From: Eledone cirrhosa
Taxonomy: Eukaryota
Direction of reading: 5' to 3'
DNA: 64,000 nucleotides
Assembly (NCBI GenBank): GCA_964016885.1
Contig: OZ024752.1
Span: 2,294,001-2,358,000, forward strand
The notes under the pieces are model-generated. The model was not told the origin of the DNA, made no database searches, and worked only from the letters and a program-made list of their open reading frames with translations. A program made the translations under genes and the position numbers. The number at the start of each line of letters is the position of its first letter. Position 1 is the first letter of the stretch. Below are positions 55,050 through 64,000 of the stretch, in pieces.

Positions 55050-58040
55050 AGCAAATGGGATCCCACGTGTTGGCCTCCCTACAGCCCCGGCGGGCAGGAT
55101 GGAGAAAGCGTCTCTCCGGAGGACGGTAAGGGAGATAAGCGGGAAGAGACATTCCAACTCGCGAGGCTCACACCTGCGGCTTGCTAGCTCAGCGCCTATG
55201 GTGGTGAATAGGGAGGTAGCCGTTGGGGCAAGGACACCAGAAGTCTCCACTGCCAAGGGCACGACCACGAACATGTCGAAGAGCGACCGGTACATGGAGA
55301 GTTTGGCCTCCTCAGCCTGACATGCAGCAGTAGCTGGGTTAGGCGCAGACTACACCAGGTTGCAGCTGGAGAAAGTGTCGCTGCAAGTGGCATCCCAGAC
55401 AAGGGGTTTGCCACCGCGGAAAGGGAAGATGGTCATACCGTCCGGCCTTTTGCCATTACCTCGGGCCAGCCCCACCGGCTCGAGCTGTGATGGGAAGCCT
55501 GCAGCCCCAAGCCATGCTTAATGACCTCGTTGAGGGCAGCATGGCGTGGAAGTCGGCCGGAAATGTGGCGACAGGAAAGCGGGTGGAGTCCAAAAGAGTT
55601 CACGGTGGATCCACAGCGACATTTATGTGGCTCGCAGATCTGGAGTCCAAGCCTCAAGGAAATGCCGGTGACCAGGCTATCGTTTCCAGCTGCGTGCCAG
55701 TAGAGAAGGAGGGAAAGGCATGGAGCCTTTTTTGAGTTTTGAGGCCGCGCGAAAACGGGCAAGGCGGTGCTGGTCGAGCTGGTGCGTGAGGCTGTCTGAG
55801 GCCAAGCTGCACTGGACGGTACCCATAAGATCTGGGGGGACTTGACGTCAGCAGAGGGAGAAGGAGGAGGGACATCTACCGGGCTAGTCCCAGCCTGTCC
55901 CACATGTCACAGGCGCCCTCACGTTCTCTGAACACAGAGGGTTCTATTGTGTTTTGGAGAACCATGCTGACGAGAACGCGGCATGAGGTTACCGATGAAG
56001 GAAACGCCGCCAAAGCCAGCCAGATCGGGGTCAGGAGACCAACGCCGCCGTATCTGACAGGTAAAGTGGCCTATTGCCATCCAATGACGTTTCATATCTC
56101 CTCAGCTGCCGCTCGAATACAAGTATCAGCGAGGAGAGGTGTGTGGCTGTAGCACGAAGGGCTGCGGTGGTTGTAAAGGAGCTGCAGCATGGTGAAGCAG
56201 TTCCTCAACAAGAAGAGAGCTGGGTGTCCATTGATCAAGCCCAGTCGGCTCGTGAGGGTCTGGAGCCTAGACGTGATGGTGGAGCGAATGGCCGACGAGT
56301 GGATCGGTGACCCTAGGATGAAGACATCATCTTTGGGGGTCACTTTTACCTGGTGGAGAATGGAGCACACGTCCAAGACGGAAGCCGCAAAGCTCTCAGA
56401 ACATAGCTTACATTCACCATCTCTGACTTGGACGAGTTGACTTGTAGGCCGATTCCCGCCAGGGCAGGAACCACCGATTGAAGGTCATGGCAGACAGTCT
56501 CCACGGGTCCGCCCAGCGTAGCATCATCCAGGTACCAAACTTTGTGAGGGGCCGTGATACTCCGAGCAATGTGGTCTATGAAGGTATGATCGTGTCAGCA
56601 GCAAGGAGAATGCTCGGGGCTCCATATGACAAGTAGGCCAGCGGGTAGACGGATGGGGCTCGACTGAGGCAGGCATTGAGCAGAAGGTCCCGGCGTATGC
56701 AGTTAAAGGCATTCCTCATGTCAAGCTTGACAATGACGTGCCTGGAGTCCCTGGATGCCGGTACCGATGGGCAGCTATTGAATAACTGACTGGTTACACA
56801 TGCGGCCCCCTCACAGCCACCGGACACGCCGACACCGAGTTGCACCGGACTGAACTCCTCACCCAGTTCAGGTGTTATGGACCTGCAACCCACCATAGCA
56901 GCCAACCTCCGGAAGACATTGCCCTCAGCAATGGGGCGTATACCACCCTCTTTCTTTCTGAGAGCGGCTAGCCGAAAAAAAAGAGGCATCAGGCGTGTGG
57001 ATCCAGGGTGCCATAGATAAGCCTATGTGTGAGTGCCACAACTGCACTGAGAAGGCGGCGCCCGGTCTGAGTGGAGAGGAGGGATAGCAACTCCTTGAGG
57101 TGGCCTAGTCGGAGACCATCAGCACCTCCGCCGCTGCTAGCTGGGAAGGACTTGATGGCAGACATGATGTCTGCGTCGGAAGTCAGAAGGCGCAGGTGGG
57201 GTTTGGATATGGGTATGGGTCGGAAGTCAGTGGGTGGCTCAGGGTGCTTGAGTCGCAGGGCAGCCATGACCTACTCGGTGGGTTGGATGACAGTGTCCTC
57301 TGAGGCAACCACTCTGACTGCGTCCTTGACATCACCCATGATAAGTTTAGAATTCACATGGTCACGCAAACGCTTGGCGTTGGCCTCAGGTGTGGATTAT
57401 TGGAGGCACTAAATAGCAGGATTTGTGGCGTCCTTCGGCACGCTTGAAATGGGCGCTTGCGCAAAGAACGAAACATTGTCCTTGACAAAGCATATTGTTG
57501 ACAGTCCGCGCCTCGGTCAGCGCTAGTGCTGGGGAGGCCGAGGACGAATGGTAGAAATAGAAGAGGTGCTCCCAGTCGCTGGCTCAATTGGAGTGTAGAA
57601 AACTCTCGATCGAGGAAGCGAGGGCATCGGCTATCACCATCCCGGCAGCTCTCGGGATCCTGAGATGAATCTTCCGGAACCGCCTGAGCCGAGCGATGTT
57701 GACCAGCGAGTCTTGGGCATGAGACATGCTCGCTGTCCCATCTGGGGGAGTGCCAGACGGCCGTGGCTAGGCAGATGGGTGGAAGAGACAGTTTCTGCAT
57801 CTCCACGCTGCGAAGGCACTGGAAGCTCGACGCATCAAGTCAACACAGGTGAGGTGGTGGAAGCAGCCGCACCCAGAACAGTTCCGACCCCCTCTTCCGT
57901 CTGTTCATGGTGCTGCAAGTGCTACAGATGTCGACTGGTGGGGATGGAGGATGGGGCGTGGAGCGGGGGACTGGGGCACCAATTGGCATCAGGTGTGAGT
58001 GGCTGGTTTTCACCAGCCTAGGTGCTAGGCACAACTGCAC
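55050..58040 (-). mobile_element. ~3-kb decayed CRE-clade non-LTR retrotransposon (RT plus RLE)
   Basis: Motifs GGADGLRLGHLK, KKEGGIRPIAEGNVFRRL, QLGVGVSGGCE, KLDMRNAFN, WYLDD, HPLSC..RHAALN and RPDG. The QGDP region is deleted. Confidence 0.9.
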
Positions 58041-60515
58041 GTGGGTAGAAGGGAAACGTTTGGTATGAGTGAGGCCTCATAGCTCACCTACATCAGATAT
58101 GGAGGCGACAGAAGACAACATAAAATAGAAGGGGGATTGCATGGAGGGGGCAAACACGAAAGTAGAAAGTTAGCAAATATATAAATGAATGTACAAAAAT
58201 AAAACAGAGGGTTGTTCCCAGTGAAATGACCCAAAGGTTGTTATTGTCACAGATGCTGGAGTTGGCTTCCTCTTGTTGATAGTGGTGGTAGTGATTTTTG
58301 GTAAGATGTTGGTGTATACACGTATATGTTGTTGCTGTTATTGTCACTGCGGTTGTCGTATCCTTCTTCTTGTTAACGGTAGTGGTAGTTGATACCGATA
58401 CCTATTTCGGCTGCCAGTCTGGTTGCTGGGGCTCGAATGCAATATTTCATCCATTGTGTTCTACATCTCAATATCTACAGATTTTTCCGTGATATGTTTG
58501 CTACACGACTTAGATCAAATTCATCGTAACTGACATTCCTGTCTTATTCTCATAAAATGTATATAGAGAAGCATACTATGTAATGTGGCCGACGTTTAAC
58601 ACGTTTTCGCGTGCCTCTATTTTTCTAGGTCGAACCATCTAACTGAGAACCTAATTCGATCAGTAATGTATTTTGAGAAATGATGTACCATGTTACTGTT
58701 ATGAATAGCCTGATATATTTACAAAATACAGAAATGTATTTGAATATATAGGATACGTAGCATATTTTTTTTATTCAATAATACCAAATTTATTGAATAA
58801 ACTTTGTAAGCCAGCATGATATTTATTTAGAACAAATACAATCAAGCAAGATAAAATAAATACATATCATCTTATACAATAAATTTAATTATGGCAAATT
58901 TAAAGATTCCTTTAAAGTCCTCCATTAGTTTTACTATTTCGCCATCGTCGAAAAGGAAAAAAAAAAAAAAATTCCCCTCTATCGAAATGTTTATAACACC
59001 CTGGAAATATAATATTACGCAAGAATGCTAACGAAGTGTTTTCAATTGATTAGATCCTAAGGAAAACTACTCAACCTTGCTATAGTCAAATATAATTAAA
59101 TATGATTCAATTGCAAAATATTTATATCACCAACGTGTATAAGGAGATAATGAGAAAGAGAAGTAATCATTTTAGATTTAGATCCTAGACGTTTTTCACG
59201 AACTTTAGAAACTACTGAGTTGATAGTTGGATGTATATAACCTGGTATCTGATATAATACTATCTCTGCTTCTAACAATATTTTCTAAATTTCCTTTTTA
59301 TCATATAACAGAGCAATTACAAAGTGTAATGAGTGACAAGGGAAATCTTGTTGGCATTTATTTAAACTTGTTCATTATAATAACCAAATTGTAATATTTG
59401 TCTTCAAGCAACAATTATTTCAATTAATAAACTTTATTGAACCTCGATATTTTACTAGATGAGGTGGGTCTGAGACACTGTAATTTGCAGGCTAACCCAT
59501 TTTCATATTTTATGTGGTTGATAATAAAATAAAATATTTAGTTTGAAGTGTTATTTATGATATAGAGACAGATGTAAGAAGGGCCATTTTTATTTAAAAA
59601 AACTGTTAAAACCAAATTTCAGTGATGTGATGATACTATGCAGAGAAGGGTAGGTAATCGAGTACCACGGCTGATAAAGGACAGCCATCTGCCTCATTTG
59701 CGTTTTTTCAAACGACTGATATATTTAAGTAACAGCCTTTTAAACCACTATATATTGTTCTTGGAAGCGCTTTTCTTGATTATATCCCTTTCTTCGCTTG
59801 TCTAAACATGTGTATGCATGTGTGATTTTGTGTGTGTGAATGTGTCTGAATGTGTGGTAGTGCTGTTGTGGTGGATATAGTTGTTTATCTCTATAGATTG
59901 TACGAAATATATTTTTTTCTGATTAAATAATAATTTAGATTTGGCGTGAAATAAATCTGTTCAGCTGAAAAACTGAAATTGTTTGTTTCTATTTTCTGCT
60001 TACTCTCAGCAAAAAAAAAAAAAAAATAGACGTGTTTGCTTCCTTTAGATATTTTTGTTGCGAATACTATAGATATTTTGTTTGTTTACGAGTATAAGAA
60101 AAATAATTTTCCTTCAGAGATTAAAGTAGTTTTTACAGCAAACAAGAAAAAAATAAATACAAACAATTAAAATATTACCACTGCATTTAAAAGATTGGCA
60201 TTAAAATGTATTTCTCTCAGAAAAGTTTGTCTATGAAATTACACCTGTTAATAATATACCATATGGGCCACCCAGATGAAACACGTCCGACTATTTCAAC
60301 ACACAATAACAATAATAATTTATTTGTCACGCAATTAAATATTTAGTAGTAATGTAATAGACTACGTAGTTCGAAGTACTTTATTTTTACCGAAATAAAA
60401 GACTCAAAGGTAATTAATTTCGTTGGGAATTAAACTCACTACGTAAAGAACCGATTGAAAAGATGCCGAGCATTTTACCCAACTATCTATCAGTTTTGAC
60501 AATTACTATTTGATT

Positions 60516-60712
60516 CTGATTTAGGCACAAGGACAACAATGTTGGGGGAGAGGAAAGTCGATTAGATCGACTTCAGTGCATTACGGGTATTTTATTTTAT
60601 CGACCCTATAAGGATGAAAAGCAAAGCTAACCTCGGCGGGATTTGAACTCAGGTCGTAAAAAGCCATATATCTATAGCGTAAAGCATGTTTCCCGACGCT
60701 GTACCGATACTG
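60516..60712 (-). mobile_element. tRNA-SINE
   Basis: Homologous to the other copies. Confidence 0.8.
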
Positions 60713-62089
60713 AATTTCGAAAATTAATATTCAAAAGCAAATTCAACAATAAAATACAACTGAAATAGGTCACATTCAAATGTAGGAACATAATCATCAC
60801 CGTAGCATTGTCAATTATAGCACAAGACTAAATCTACTATCATCACTACCATAATCGGAATCTATGAAAAATTACCGAAGCCAATGAATCTTCTCCCAGA
60901 AGACATCATAATAATGACAACAAAGCATTTATAACCTTCAACAACGATAAAAAAAAGATCACTGAATGAATAGTAGCAGAGGGGGAAAATGAGCATTGGC
61001 ATGATATGTACATTCCTTTGTGAGATCAGTGCTTCGCCTGACTACTCATCCGACACGAGAACAATAGGAACAACATAAGTGATAACAATAATGACATTAA
61101 CATAAACATCAATGTAGTCCATTATTAAACTGTCAAAGCAACAATAACAACATATTCAATTCAGTGTAGCCGACAACAACAAATAAAAGCTGAAATGCAA
61201 ATTGAATGAAACATTTAGAATAGATATTTCACTAGTTAAATAACTGTAGCAAACCAAATAACATAGTTCCATAGTGTATCAACTTTATTCAGAAGTGCTA
61301 TTGCAATAAATATTGATTTCTCTTGTTGACACCTGACATATATTTGTAATACTGTCGATTAATAGGTCAAATGTATCAAATTATAAGACTGACAAGTGTT
61401 TCGTCTCTCTTGGGTTTCAAACAAAATAGAACGTTGAAACCAGTTAAATTTCAACTGAAGCCAACAGGCAAACAAAGTAATATATTCGAAGAAATTAATC
61501 AAGCCATCTTATATATTTACGTTTCTAAATAACATTGAAACATATTGCAAAGTTCATGTTATCTATGCGGATACTATATATATAATGTTTAACGTATACA
61601 TCGTGTTCTTTTGAATTAATGAAATTTTTTTCCACAAATGTCACAGAGACAATACCTTACTCAAATGCTTACGTACGCAAAATATCATGCAAAATATATG
61701 GCCAGTAAAATGTTATGTATATATAAATAGATCCATCATGTTACCGATCTCCACAATATGTATGTTTTTTTAATTATCAGTCTGACAAAAGTATTGATGC
61801 CGGAGTCGAGTCCATAATTCCAGACGTGGCTTGTGCTAATAATTTGCGATATATTCGCACATGTATTTAGTAATATGCACGCAGGTAGATTATATACCGA
61901 TCCCAAAACTCCAAACACATTACAATCTTCGGGACTCCACTAATGAAACACAAATTGATGTGTTATTAATAGGATTATCACTTCGTTAAAGTTGCGCGAA
62001 TAGTTAATAAACATACATATTTATACGTGCACAGACACAATCTCACACAGAAACAAAAACGCACACACACCCACGCACACGCACCTATA

Positions 62090-62141
<52 letters not shown>

Positions 62142-62142
<1 letters not shown>

Positions 62143-62497
62143 AGTATATGTTGGTTGTATACCAACACCTCAGTATGCAGATAGGAACACTCGACGAAGT
62201 GCGCAGGTTGATTTGGTTACTCCGGAGTAATGTAAAATAAAATAAACAAATCAAATGTTTAAGATTTGGCTTCGTTTATTACTGCTATATATAATTCGGT
62301 GAGAGCCATCTTTGGCTGTGACCTCTTCAGGCAGTCCGAATAGTGTGGTATAGACGAGTGCACATGTTGTTGAGGTGTTTAACTTTGTCAATACTCTGAT
62401 ATGCCCAGTTACTGGTTGGGTTGTTATTTCACTGAGAAACTGGAATCATATCATGATAAACGAAGTAATAAACGAAGCCAAATTTTAAACATTTGAC
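62142..62497 (-). mobile_element. Penelope-like module with tail, HHR and a short inverted arm
   Basis: 62251-62283 is inverted at 62464-62496. The tail is similar to 15984-16060. Confidence 0.7.
62281..62335 (-). ncRNA. Type I hammerhead ribozyme (GAAT variant)
   Basis: ACTGC-CTGAAGA-GGTCACAGCCA AAGA TGGCTCTCACC-GAAT-TATATA-TA-GCAGT. Confidence 0.72.
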
Positions 62498-62507
62498 TTA
62501 TTTATAT

Positions 62508-62577
<70 letters not shown>

Positions 62578-62580
62578 CCG

Positions 62581-62644
<64 letters not shown>

Positions 62645-62843
62645 CATGTGTGTGTGTGCGTAGTTGTGTGTGTGTGTGAGCCCCAAAGTACTGGCACGCA
62701 AGTGTGAAGATATAAGGATGCAAACATACTTCGATATCAATGGTCAGAATAACATGAGGATAAGAGAGTCGACAATCCTTTCCATATGACAAGCATTAAA
62801 ATGTGTTGTTATTATAGCTTCATTTCTTATATTTTCAGACATT

Positions 62844-62949
62844 AATCCCGCCGAGGTTAACTTTGCTTTTCATCCTTACGAGGTGGATAAAATAAAGTAC
62901 CAGTAATACACTGGGTATTCGCTGGCTTTGTGCCAAAATTAGAAACAAC
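62844..62949 (+). mobile_element. tRNA-SINE fragment
   Basis: AATCCCGCCGAGGTTAACTTTGCTTTTCATCC. Confidence 0.8.
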
Positions 62950-63565
62950 TATTTGATAGCAAATGCTTAATCATATGTTTAATTCACAAAGAACATGGGC
63001 TAGCAATCCGGCCATATATTTATATGCTATGTGTAGCTTTATGTATGTATGTACTTTTACGAATGTATTATACATAAAATTACTTAGAACCCCAGCGTAC
63101 ATCCTGTAATTGTCACATATCTCTTCATATTTCTGCTAAGTTTCCTTTGCAAACAGTCTCATATTTCGTTCATGAATTTAAGTGGGGAAATAACTGTCGT
63201 ATTGAATTTCTACGATGGAACCACATTCTGGGACTATATCCGGCTATCTGATAAGCCAGAGAAGGAAGCAATTATTAATGTCATGTTCTGCAAAAGTAAC
63301 GTTGCTTCCCAAACGAGTAAAGTTGTCTTTTCGCTATCGTTACTACTGAGTTGGTGAAGTTTCCAAAAATGTATGCAGACATACTAAACTGCAAAAATAT
63401 TTCGATATATGTGCAGTCGCACTTGTATTATCACTGGCGGTAAAGCTATGGGCACACAGGCCAGTCTCTATCCGTTTGAATAAATGTATAAATGTATATA
63501 TGTGTGTTTATAATCAGTTATTTAAGTACAATTTCAAAAAGTTTGTTGCAAAATAGTCTTGAATT

Positions 63566-63642
63566 CCCATTCTACTACTCTATGTATTGAGTACTCTGGT
63601 GTGTTATGGTCCATCTGGTTCCTTACCACATTTCCTTTGTTA
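63566..63642 (+). mobile_element. Solo tail of the 49244-49450 family
   Basis: CCCATTCTACTACT..GTATTGAGTACT..TTATGGTCCA..CCTTACCACATTTCCTT followed by (TA)n. Confidence 0.7.
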
Positions 63643-63686
63643 TATATATATATATATATATGTAAATAATTTTACATATATGCATC

Positions 63687-63767
<81 letters not shown>

Positions 63768-64000
63768 GTGTGTGTGTGTGTGTCTCTCTGTGTGTCTGTA
63801 TGTCTGTCTGTGAGTGAAAGTTTGCGTGTGCCTGTGTTTGAATGTGTGACAGAATCAGTGAGGGAGAAAGAAAGACATTCCTCATCCTGTACATACAGCT
63901 GTCAATTTAACGTCATTTCGTCTAACAATTTAAGACTATATGACCTGGACAATACAATGATATCAGTTGCCCTCTTTGAGACAGTGTGACAGTCGTGATT

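Overview
A 64-kb eukaryotic, AT-rich window dominated by (TA)n, (CA)n and (GA)n microsatellites. The tRNA-SINE family and repeat landscape look cephalopod (octopus-like); this is inference. I can support no host exon, and nearly all ORF-track entries are microsatellite artefacts (IY/HT/ER repeats). Recognisable content is decayed transposons: two CRE-clade, one RTE, two tandem R4/Dong-like and Tx1/L1 non-LTR remnants, two GIY-YIG Penelope-like (Naiad-type) remnants, an internally deleted mariner, a Helitron-like element, about 11 tRNA-SINE pieces and an RTE-derived non-autonomous family. The main hidden signal is a dense set of self-cleaving-RNA motifs. About 15 type I hammerhead ribozyme (HHR) cores from roughly 9-10 sequence families sit in 100-650 bp modules inserted in (TA)n. 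Many modules are fold-back palindromes with a hammerhead in each polarity plus a one-sided tail. The RTE-derived family also has a candidate HDV-like ribozyme at its 5' end. All motifs were read by eye and none is shown to be active.
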